A stretch of DNA of 59,409 bases. It comes from Pseudogymnoascus verrucosus. Its lineage: Eukaryota. The stretch is taken from the NCBI GenBank assembly GCA_001662655.1, contig KV460234.1; one strand, written 5' to 3'. Position numbers and translations under genes: made by a program. A model generated the notes under the pieces. It was given only the letters and a program-made list of their open reading frames with translations, searched no databases and had not been told where the DNA came from. Below are positions 49,139 to 59,409 of the stretch, in pieces (position 1 is the stretch's first letter; each line of letters opens with the position of its first letter).

Positions 49139-50146
49139 GGGATCATGACAGAGAAGAACCCACCCAAGTCAGCTGTAAGGGCAAATTTACGCCACCCCAT
49201 ACTGGAATTGTATCTGACGACATATATAGACACACACATGCCATTTTATCAGTACAGGTCAGCTGGGTGGGTGGCAGTATTTAGTGGGGGGTAACGCGGT
49301 TTGTGTATGGAAATGTATACTATGTAAGTGTTGTAGAAAGGGGACAGCACGGGCGGAATTGTCATGTGGACTTAATTACCCTCGAATGCATTGGCTATAG
49401 AAGGCGTATATTTCAAGGGAATCTGCATATTAGTTATTGTGGTTTACAACTAGCTGTGCCCATGTGAATAGTTGGAATGAGTGACGAATTTCTCGGCTGT
49501 GGACCTAATTACTGGAGACAGTGAGTGTAGTTGAACTCAGAGCCATTGTTATTCTCACTGAGACCACCTGTGACAATGGAATCAATTATTCCCACCTTGA
49601 TTTTATAATACACAAGATTCTTATATAGAGGGTCTGTCTTGTTCGTATTGGTAGGACCAACTCCTTTATATATCTGATAACAGCACGTGACTACAGTAGA
49701 TAACAACGCGACCGGACCACGGCCGCTGTCGACCCTGGATCGGGACACGACTCGGCATGGGGGAGCTGTGCCTCCGAAATTTATAGATATTCGAAAGACA
49801 TTCGAAAGTCCAACGGCGGAGACAAGAAAGCCCACATTTTCTCGACAGGTGATCTTTGTCGCCCTGAAGAATCCTGGGCTTCACGTTTTTGCTATTTGTG
49901 AGTTCTTTCTCCAGCTCGAGCCTCCATAATACGCCCTGACGAAGCTTGGGAGCGACTTTCAACAATACACCATTAACTTTGCTCAGCTTGGAGTGACCTC
50001 CAACAATAAACCACCAACCCAGCTTGCTCACAGCAACCCCAATTATACACCACCGACTTGACTCGGCCTGCAGCGACCTCCAACAATACACCACCGACCC
50101 AAGTCCGTTTGTAGCGACCTTCATACCACGTTTGCGGATACAAGTC

Positions 50147-53100
50147 ATGAGCGGCGATGAACAAGCCAGAGAACTAGGAAGAGGCCCGACAGAATTGGAA
50201 TCCCATATGCCATTTCAAGCCAGCACAGGGAAATTTACGGGGGAGATGCCGAACCAAGTTCACCAAGAACCGTCTTCGCCCTACAGACGCCCAGGAGCCT
50301 TTCCAGTTTCAGTTTCAGTGGCCATCGACCCGGTAGCTCTAATAACAACAGAATGCATAACCGTGGCATCTGCCATGCGTAAGCATGCTCGATGGGCCCA
50401 TTCATCAGTTTCGGCTATCCTTGGTGGGAGTACAAGCTCTTCAAACTCCGTTGCGGAAGGGTCCAGACCTTCAACGCCAGGACGCAGCCTTTCCGCTCGA
50501 AAAGGACACCAAGTTCGACCATCTCTTGTCGAACATGATAGTCTAGCAAACAGGTGGGGGCTGCGGGGGAAGAAGGGAAAGAGCATGCAAGATAACCCCT
50601 TAATGGCTGGCTTTGGACGCTTGAGGCGGGACTTGATCGGCTGCAAGGGTATATGTTCATTGCTATGCATATACAAGAGCATCTAGGCTAACATGCTGTG
50701 TAGATATTCGCAATTTCGACACTCCCGCGCTTCTCCACCCATTCCTCCAGGTTATCCAGGCATCCGCGACCTCAGCCCCTATTACCTCTTTAGCTCTCGT
50801 TGCTATTACGAAGTTTTTCTCCTATAATCTAATAAGCCGTGATTCTCCTAGGTTAGCCCTAGCAATGCAGTCGCTGTCGGCTGCTATTACGCATTGTAGG
50901 TTTGAAGCAAGTGATTCCGCAGCCGATGAGATTGTCCTCCTACGAATATTAAAGCTTATGGAAGGAATGATATCGGGACCTGGAGGAGAGCTGTTAAGTG
51001 ATGAAAGCGTCTGCGAAATGATGGAGACTGGCCTTAGTATGTGCTGCCAATCGAGATTGTCCGAGCTACTCCGTCGATCAGCGGAGATGTCGATGATCAA
51101 AATGTGCCAGGTAATATTTGAAAGATTGAAATACCTCGAGGTTGCAGCAGGAGAACATATCGAAGCTTTAGACGAAAGCACAAAGGAAGATATGGATGGC
51201 GTAAAGATGGATCCGTCCGCAAATGGCAACGATGCTGTTGCCTCGTCACTATCTGCGCCAACAGAGTCTGAATCGCTACCAAGAGTAAATCTGGACACCC
51301 CACAATCAACGGAGGCAAGCGGTGTGCCAACAAGCAACTACGAATCCGAAATTGGCGCCGGGCCAAGTTCAGAAGCTTCGGAAGACATTGAAATCAAGCC
51401 GTACTCGCTTCCATCGATCAGGGAACTCTTCCGTGTTCTAGTCGACCTCCTGAACCCGCAGGATCGCCAACATGTGGATGCCATGAGAGTCATGGCACTA
51501 CGTATTATTGACGTTGCCCTTGAAGTTGCTGGCCCGTCCATCTCCAAACATCCTAGTCTGGCATCACTCGCCGAAGATAGACTTTGCCGGCATCTGTTCC
51601 AGCTGGTGAGGTCTGACAATATGGCCATACTCCACGAATCCCTGATAGTTGCTGGCACGCTCTTGTCCACGTGTAGAGAGGTGTTGAAATTGCAGCAAGA
51701 ACTGTTCTTATCTTACATGGTGGCGTGTCTACACCCACGTGTTGAGATACCAAGGGAGCCAGGAATTGATCCATCACTGTACTCTGGCGTACCACAAGCT
51801 CCGAAACTAGTCAAACCACCGCCCTCGCAAACAAATAGCGGCCGGTCGACTCCGGTTCCTATCAAGGACAGGCAAAAACTAGGTATGGAGGGAGGGTCTC
51901 GGAAACCAGACGCGAGAGAGGCTATGGTGGAGAGTGTGGGCGCTCTTGCTCGCATTCCAACCTTTATGGTTGAGTTGTACGTGAACTACGATTGTGACGT
52001 GGATCGGAGTGATCTTTGTGAGGACATGGTCGGCCTTCTGTCACGTAATGCCATCCCTGACTCGGCCACCTGGAGTACGACAAGTGTCCCACCATTGTGT
52101 TTGGATGCTCTCCTGGGTTATGTGCAATTTATAAGCGAAAGACTTGACGAACCACCTCGAAGCGGAGATTACCCTGATCAAACCCAGTTGAGGGAACAAC
52201 GAAGGAGAAAGAAAATCATTATTAAGGGCACCACAAAGTTTAATGAGAGTCCAAAAGCAGGTATAGCCTACTTAACGTCTCAAGGGATAATCGATGACTC
52301 AAGCGATCCTGATTCTGTTGCTACGTTTTTGATGGGAACTAGCCGTATCTCTAAGAAAGTACTGGGCGAGTTCTTGTCGAAGAAGGGCAACGAACCCATC
52401 CTTGAGGCGTTCCTGAATCGATTTGATTTCTCGGGCAAACGTGTTGATGAGGCAGTGAGGGATCTCCTGGAGGCGTTCAGGTTACCAGGAGAGTCGGCTT
52501 TGATTGAACGAATCATTACTTACTTCTCGGAGAAATACTGCGCGCAGTCACCACCAGATGAGATCACAGACAAGGATGCGATATATGTCCTGACGTATGC
52601 CATCATTATATTGAACACAGACCAGCATAATCCCAACCTTAAGTCACAGAACCGGATGACGTTGAACGACTTCTCGAGGAACCTCCGTGGCGTAAATGGA
52701 GGAAAGGATTTTGCGCCACAATACCTTCAAGATATATTTGACTCCATCAAGTCGAACGAAATCATCCTACCTGATGAACACGATAACCAGCATGCCTTCG
52801 ATTACGCCTGGAAGGAGCTGCTGCTTAAATCCGAATCGGCCGGCAATCTAATCGCCTGCGACACAAACATTTATGACGCTGACATGTTTGAGGCAACATG
52901 GAAGCCCGTTATTGCAACTCTGTCCTATGTGTTTATGTCTGCCAGCGATGACGCTGTCTTCCACCGGGTTGTCACAGGATTTGATCAGTGTGCTCGAATT
53001 GCTACTCGGTATGGTATGACGGAAGCTCTGGACCAGATTGTCTACTGTCTCAGCTACATTAGCACCCTTGCAACAGTAACCCCGGCAAGCACAGCATTAA

Positions 53101-55310
53101 ACACGGAGATCCAAGTAGAGGATACGAGTGTTATGGTCAGTGAGATGGCTGTTAAATTTGGGAGAGATTTCAAGGCCCAATTAGCGACTGTTGTGTTGTT
53201 CCGTGTCGTGTCAGGCAGCGAGACTGTTATCAGAAATAGTTGGATACATGTGAGTCTCTAAGAACTGTAAATCTAAGCTGGGGATGCTAATATTTTGTTA
53301 GATTGTCCGCATATGGATCAATCTGTTTGTTAATAGCCTGATCCCACCATTCTTCTCTGCTGCACCGAATAGGATGCAAATTTCACCTATTCCTCTGCAG
53401 AACCCATCGCAGGTCATCGACCGTGGAGCCAAAGCCACCGATGCGGGCCTCTTTTCAGCATTTACTTCGTATATCTCGAGTTATGCTGCCGATGACCCAC
53501 CAGAGCCATCTGAGGAAGAGCTAGAGAGCACACTGTGCACAGTCGGATGCGTGAATGCGTGCTACATGGGCGATGTCTTCGCAAATATCATGTAAGATAA
53601 TCTCAAGATACGTGAATAACTCATAAACTAACATAATTTAGGGATTTGCCTGCGGAATCCTCACAGTACCTCATCGAAGCATTACTCTCGCAATTGCCAG
53701 ATGATCCTTCCTCTACGATTATAGCGGTAAAATCCGATAACAATGCTGCGACAGTGAATGGCCAGAAAACCCTTAGTGATGGACTAATTTATGACCCTGC
53801 ATTTGTCTATGTTTTGGAGCTATGCACCGTCCTGTCTCTGAAAGACGAGAACTCCGTTCTTCAGTCAGGAGCCCAGGTGTCAGAAGCACTGCAGAGTGTA
53901 ATCCGGGATTCTGCAAACTACCACCCTACACTGGTTGCTAGAGCTGTTTTCTATCTCCTCAGTCTTTTGCATGCGAGTTATGTCCGTATAACCGAACCCT
54001 TAGCTCTCCTTCAGGCTAACCAAACTTGTAGGAACACTCATTCATACGAGTCCCTGTCGTACTCCATACTATCTCTAGTTTCAAAAATGGGTTACTGGAT
54101 AAAGCGGCGCCCACTATTCTTGAAGGGATTAAGGCTTGTATCGAAAGTCCAGGCCCCCTACGCAATGAGATAATCACCTCGCCTGACTTCTGGGTCATCT
54201 TACGGGCACTTTCAAAGAACCAGCAAGCGTCTTCAACTGTTTTCCATATTTTGGAAGGGGTTACAACAGGGAAGACCCCACCTTCGATAATGGCCGACAA
54301 TTATGAGTCGGCCGTCTCTCTCTTGAATGATTTCGCATCTGCTGGAAGTATTGGATCTGTGCTGGAGCAAAAACAGGATACAAGATCTCGGAGAGGGCAG
54401 CAGACGAAGCCTTTAAAAGCCCAGTAAGTCACAGTTGAAGCTGAGTTGTAGGCACGCTAACATCTCAGGTCCGACGAGGTCGTTGAAAGAGGCGTTAAAG
54501 CAGTGGGAATGATATATCACCTCACGCCTAGAATTCCAACTTTGATGAAGCAATCCCATCTTGAAAGCGACAAAGGTTAGTAATGAAAGTATAATATAAT
54601 GAAGGCATACTGACGCAACACACAGCCTGGGAAGCGTATTGGTCCCCCATATTCAAAGCTCTGACAACTCAATGCATCAATCCGTGTCGTGAAATCCGAC
54701 ACCAAGCATTTTCATCCTTGCAACGGTCGCTTCTGTCAGAGGAGCTCAAGCTGGGCAGCCAGCATTCATGGACAGCCATATTTGAAGAAGTCTTGTTTCC
54801 ATTAATCTTCAGGTTACTTAAACCAGAGGTTTATTCAACGGATCCGATTGGCATGAGCGAAACACGGGTCCAGGCGGCAACCCTACTCTGCCGGATTTTC
54901 TTGCATTATCTACCTCTGTTGTCGACGTGGGAAGGGATGCTTGACTTATGGTTGAAAATTCTTGACATAATGGACCGACTGATGAACAGTGGACAAGGAG
55001 ACAGTCTAGTAAGTGAACAATTGAGGGAGGGCCGAGTAAATTACTGACTGTTGGACCTTAGGAGGAGGCTGTTCCAGAGAGCCTGAAAAACATTATTCTC
55101 GTAATGTCGACTAGCGAGTATCTTGCGCCACAAGTTGAAGATCCTTCTCAGGAGAAGCTTTGGACGGAAACTTGGAAGAGACTCGATAGGTTCTTACCGG
55201 ATCTTCGCGGCCAGCTTGGTCTGGAATCAAAGGAAATAGTCGTCGATAGCCATCCACGCCCGGCCACCCCAGAGAACACTGATATACCCCCTTCGTCTAC
55301 TGAGGAGTAA
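50147..55310 (+). CDS. Sec7-domain Arf guanine-nucleotide exchange factor of the GEA1/GEA2/GBF1 subfamily
   Basis: AITHCRFEASDSAADEIVLLRIL (DCB), YVNYDCD (HUS box), FRLPGESALIERI...YAIIILNTDQHNP (Sec7), CINPCREIRHQA and EAVPESLKNIILVM. Multiple introns. Confidence 0.93.
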
Positions 55311-55655
55311 CAACCTAGGTATGCAACGTCGAATCAGTAGTCCTCAGCGAATAATGCCAGACATTCATTGATGGGGAGGCAATCATGCGAATAACCAATG
55401 TACATAACTTATACCAACTATAATTACGAGTACTGTCGTAACTCAGCGTCAAACACTTGCAGTATTCAGAACTGCAACTTTTAACTTGTGCTTCAAGTAA
55501 ACTAATGCCCCAGAATTTTCGGAATCGATCATTTGCTGCTAAATTAGCTAATTAGTCAAATGCACCTAGCTAAGCAAACAATCACTTAAAGGGCAATGAC
55601 ATAATAAGACTCAAGACGATGAGAATTGATGTGTTGGGGGTGTATGTAGACGCTA

Positions 55656-56626
55656 ACGTAGGTCGTGGCCATACCGGGACTATGGCCATACCGGGAATCC
55701 GGCAACCAACACCAAATAGAGAGTCACGTGACTAAAATGAAAACCTTAATAACTTTTTAATTAGTAGATGTATAGCCTAGCCCTCTTATATTAACGATAT
55801 TTATATAGTTATCTAATATATATGAAAACGTTAGTAGTACTAGTTGTGTTTTATAAGAGATATTAAGGTTTAAACTTTTACTATACAAAATATTTATATG
55901 GCAAAACTTAAACTATAAATAACTCCTTTCTAAGGCTAGCTTACACTCTAAAACATTTAGCTATAGTATACATGTAGATAAAGAGTAAGAACATAAGAGG
56001 ATTAAGCTTTATAGGCACTATTGTAAAAGTTATTACAGATTTCATTTAGGTCACGTGACTCTTTATTTAGTGGTGGTTGCCGGATTCCCGGTATGGTCAT
56101 AGTCCCGGTAACGTAAGTCGTGGCCATACCGGCTTAATGGCCATACCGGCTTTTAGTACCTTTACATACAAGTTTGTATGTAATGATACTTACACTTACA
56201 AAAAATCAGAATATTATAACTCCTTTAATAAAAATGCTAGAGTATATCCCTCTTATATATAGAAACTTTAAACTATTATATACTATATATAAAAACGCTA
56301 ATAGCACTAGCTTCTTTTTGCATAAGTTATTAAAGATTTTAACTTTTATCATATAAAAATTTAGTATAGCAAATCTAAACTGTTAATAACTTCCTTATAA
56401 CACTAGCTTATATGCTAGTGTTTTTAATTATAAGGTATAGGTATATAAAGACACTTTATATAAGAAGGTTAAGTCCTACTATTTTTATTACAAAAGTTAT
56501 TAGGAATTCAATTGTAGGTCATGTGATGTAAATCTAACCAACTTTTAGTAGGGTCGGCAAATGAGCCGGTATGGCCATTGAGCCGGTATGGCCACGACTT
56601 ACTTACGTTATGGCCACGACCTACGT
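55656..56626. mobile_element. MITE A (Fot1/pogo-type, ~471 bp net), right TIR split by MITE B
   Basis: TA 55654-55 then ACGTAGGTCGTGGCCATACCGGGACTATGGCCATACCGG. The inverted copy runs to CCCGGTA 56110 and resumes TGGCCACGACCTACGT 56611-56626, then TA. Confidence 0.88.
56111..56608. mobile_element. MITE B (498 bp) nested in the TIR of MITE A with TA duplication
   Basis: ACGTAAGTCGTGGCCATACCGG...CCGGTATGGCCACGACTTACTTACGT, flanked by TA at 56109-10 and 56609-10. Confidence 0.88.
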
Positions 56627-56711
56627 TATGAGGTTGCTAGCTAACTACTTACAATACTAGATCAGCTATGTATTATATACTTAATACATATGTTATATTT
56701 TAAAAACATTA

Positions 56712-56954
56712 ACGTAGGTCATGGCCTAAAGGGCTACATGGCCTAAAGGGCTATTCTAGAAACCACACCAAAATCCACGTCACGTGACTAAAATTAAAAC
56801 CTTAATAACTTTTTAATTAACTGTTATAAAGCTTAATCCTCTTATATTATTACTCTTTATATATGCATACATTAGGGTTTAATTTGTAATAATGTAAGCT
56901 AGTCTTATTAAAGAGTTATTTATAGTTTAAGTTTTACTATATAAATATTTTATA
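56712..56954. mobile_element. Left half of MITE C (CCTAAAGGG motif), truncated by MITE D
   Basis: TA then ACGTAGGTCATGGCCTAAAGGGCTACATGGCCTAAAGGG. Body is homologous to the MITE A arms and ends in the central dyad. Confidence 0.8.
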
Positions 56955-57438
56955 ACGTAAGTCGTGGTCAGACCGGCTACATGGCCAGACCGGCTATTAG
57001 TACCATCACATACAAATTTGTATGCAGAAGTACTTATGCTTGCGAAAAATTAGAACTATAATAACTCTACTAATAAAAATGCTAGAGCAAATCCCTTTTG
57101 TATATAGAAACTTTAAGTACGTATCTACTATATATAAAAAGGGTAATATTACTAGTATCTTTTTACATAAGTTAATAACAGTTTTAAGTTTTACTATATA
57201 AATATTTGTATAGTAAAAATATAAGCCTTAATATCTCTTGTAAAACAAAGCTAGTACTACTAGTGTTTATATACATGTTAGATTATTATATGAAAAAACA
57301 TAATTTAAGAGGATTAAGCTTTATATACACTATTACAAAAGTTATTATGGTTTTAATTTTGGTTTAGTGACCTTGGTTTTGGTGGGGTGAGCTAAGTAGC
57401 CGGTCTGGCCATGTAGCCGGTCTGACCACGACTTACGT
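56955..57438. mobile_element. MITE D (484 bp, (T/C)CAGACCGG motif), both TIRs intact
   Basis: Perfect ~42-bp TIR ACGTAAGTCGTGGTCAGACCGGCTACATGGCCAGACCGGCTA, with TA on both sides. Confidence 0.9.
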
Positions 57439-57440
57439 TA

Positions 57441-57473
57441 TGGCCATGTAGCCGGTATGGCCACGACTTACGT
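57441..57473. mobile_element. Orphan right TIR remnant (CCATACCGG motif)
   Basis: TGGCCATGTAGCCGGTATGGCCACGACTTACGT followed by TA. Confidence 0.75.
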
Positions 57474-57475
57474 TA

Positions 57476-57689
57476 CCTCTTGGGCAGGATTGGGTTCCGC
57501 GATTCATTCAAAGGCATCCTAACTTATGTGTTAAGTTAGGACGTAGAGTTGAGGCACAGAGGATGAATGGGGTGACAAAAGAGGTGTTGAAGGGGTGGTT
57601 TGACGCGTACAAAAACCTCATAACAGAGCTAAAAATCGAAAACTACAACGCCTACAATATAGATGAGACTGGATTTTCAATTGGAACTA
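57476..57689 (+). pseudogene. Fragment of a Fot1/pogo DDE transposase
   Basis: PLGQDWVPRFIQRHPNL...QRMNGVTKEVLKGWFDAY...YNIDETGFSIG covers the end of the CENP-B HTH (W..RF..RHP) and the first catalytic Asp motif (YNMDETGF consensus). Cut at both ends by MITE termini. Confidence 0.88.
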
Positions 57690-58164
57690 ACGTAAGTCGT
57701 GGCGTAATGCGCCTATGTACCTTTACAGCTAAATTTATATGTAATGGTACTTAGATCTTAAAATCTCAAACTTAAATAACTCTATTAATAAAATTATTAA
57801 GACTTATTCCTCTTATATATAAGATGTTTATATACTTATACACTCTACTTAATTATGCTATAATATAAGCTAACCTAATATAGAAGATATTAGCAAGTAT
57901 AAATTTGCTATACTAATATTTTGTATGGTAAATACTTTAACGCTTAATACCTTATGCAAATTAATATATATGATAGTAACATTCTTATATATAGAAGATT
58001 AGTATATATAGACCCTCTATATAAGAGGAATAAGTCTTAATAATTTTATTAATAGAGTTATTTAACTTTGAGATTTTAAGATCTAAGTACCATTACATAT
58101 AAATTTAGCTGTAAAGGTACATAGGCGCATTACGCCATTAGGCGCATTACGCCACGACTTACGT
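57690..58164. mobile_element. MITE E (475 bp, CGTAATGCG motif) with ~130-bp near-perfect inverted arms
   Basis: ACGTAAGTCGTGGCGTAATGCGCCTATGTACC...GGTACATAGGCGCATTACGCCATTAGGCGCATTACGCCACGACTTACGT, flanked by TA. The left end has one motif copy and the right end two. Confidence 0.9.
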
Positions 58165-58166
58165 TA

Positions 58167-58312
58167 GTAATTGAATTATTTACGATTTTCTAAGTTAGTA
58201 GTTGGGTGGTCTACTCCTGGATTTTGGTGGGGTTTTCAAAATAGCCGGTTACACCATGTAGCCGGTTACACCACGACCTACGTTACTATGTGAGTAAGGC
58301 CATGACTTACGT
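58167..58312. mobile_element. Right end of MITE F (TGTAACCGG motif, to 58283) plus a further TIR stub G (CCTTACTCA, to 58312)
   Basis: CCGGTTACACCATGTAGCCGGTTACACCACGACCTACGT-TA, then TGAGTAAGGCCATGACTTACGT-TA. Confidence 0.75.
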
Positions 58313-58562
58313 TACCTCCGTAATAAGTAAACTCTATACATTCTATTATTTTAGAATGTAGTGTTATAAGTAGGCGTTCTACTTTTATATAGTTTAATGG
58401 TTTTAACAGTATTACTATCCTTTTTAAAGCTATTATAAGCTTTAGCTTAGGCTTATAACTATTAGCTTTATAGAGGCTTAAGTCTTAGAAGGAAAAAACT
58501 TACCTATTTTTAAAGGTCTAATTCTAAGTTTATATAATAATGAGTTTTCCTTTTATATAAAC

Positions 58563-58925
58563 CTACTAGCATACTATTCTATATATGTTCTAAGTTATTA
58601 TAGAAGTTATACCTTCTAAACCTATGTTCTAGGTTATTACTTATTATTATTATTACTATACATGTTCTAGGTTATTACATAAGTGTTTGTTTGTTTATTT
58701 ACATATAATATTATAGTTATATGCATTGCTACTCTAATAGCTACTAGCAAACTATTCTACATATGTTCTAAGTTATCACGTAAGCTTTCACCTCCTATAT
58801 ACACCCTATGTTCTAGGTTATTACGTAGTGTTGTTGTTCCTATATGTGTTCTAAGTTATTATGTAAGTAAGTGTTTGTTTATATACACGTGACATTGTTA
58901 TCACGTGCATTGCCACTCTAACAAC
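58563..58925. repeat. ~178-bp tandem duplication, each unit with three TGTTCTA(A/G)GTTAT subrepeats
   Basis: Units start CTACTAGCA.ACTATTCTA at 58563 and 58741. Differences are mostly C/T and G/A transitions. Confidence 0.7.
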
Positions 58926-59118
58926 ATATCTGTGATATTTTTTAATTTAATTTACCCTACCTATATGTTAAAAACCGTTAAACTACGTAAAAGTGAAAGT
59001 ACAACACTTATTATAGTCTTAATTTTTCATAACGCCATTACGCTATTACACCCATTATACTATACTACATGTAAGCTACATTATAAGTTAACAATTCAGA
59101 TATTAATTATATTAACTA

Positions 59119-59409
59119 ACGTAGGTCATGGCCTAAAGGGCTACATGACCTAAAGGGCTATTCTAGAAACCACACCAAAATCCACGCTACGTGACTAAAA
59201 TTAAAACCTTAATAACTTCTGTAATAATGGTTATAAATCTTAATGCTCTTAGACTATTACTCTTTATATAATCATCTAATATATGTAAAAACGCTAGTAG
59301 CGCTAGTCTTATTTTACAATAAATATTAAGGTTTTAACTTTTACTATAACGTAAGTCGTGGTCAGACCGGCTACATGGCCAGACCGGCTACTTAGCTCAC
59401 CCCACCAAA
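59119..59409. mobile_element. Left half of MITE H (C-type) interrupted at 59349 by MITE I (D-type, opposite orientation), running off the window
   Basis: 59119 ACGTAGGTCATGGCCTAAAGGG...; 59349 ACGTAAGTCGTGGTCAGACCGG...TTAGCTCACCCCACCAAA is the reverse complement of the right end of D. Confidence 0.85.

Noticed and set aside
56077..59153. Short ORFs in the AT-rich tail other than the transposase fragment
   Set aside because: Tyr/Ile/Lys-rich translations of MITE and RIP-like DNA.
55654..59409. CRISPR-like array suggested by recurring ACGTAAGTCGTGG repeats
   Set aside because: Repeats occur as inverted pairs with TA duplications and nested insertions, spacing is irregular, and there are no cas genes; they are transposon TIRs.

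Overview
Filamentous ascomycete genomic DNA (short GT-AG introns with CTAAC/CTGAC branch sites; Leotiomycete-like is my inference). 1-14.7 kb is low-complexity and microsatellite-rich, with six small genes and two long gene-free gaps. 14.7-55.3 kb is a dense block of conserved genes: a SNF2-PHD ATPase head-to-head with a SHREC Clr2-domain gene, two tRNA-Cys, ULA1, a CLR-2/ClrB-like Zn2Cys6 factor, HEI10, YND1, Hikeshi/OPI10, a Nudix/TPK-related gene, RPB8, ELP4, ASI-type RING ligase, SEN34, MTR3, ANP1 and a GEA/GBF1 Arf-GEF. The ORF track misses a spliced non-coding host gene carrying snR55, snR61 and a large unassigned C/D-box RNA (45.8-46.7 kb), and a second structured ncRNA candidate at 30.5-30.8 kb. 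From 55.65 kb to the end is an AT-rich, RIP-like nest of ~480-bp Fot1/pogo-type MITEs. They share an ACGTA(A/G)GTC(G/A)TGG terminus and a symmetric body, but carry different 9-bp subterminal motifs and combinatorially swapped arms. All assignments are from reading the sequence and recalled family motifs; no searches were run, and exon boundaries are manual.
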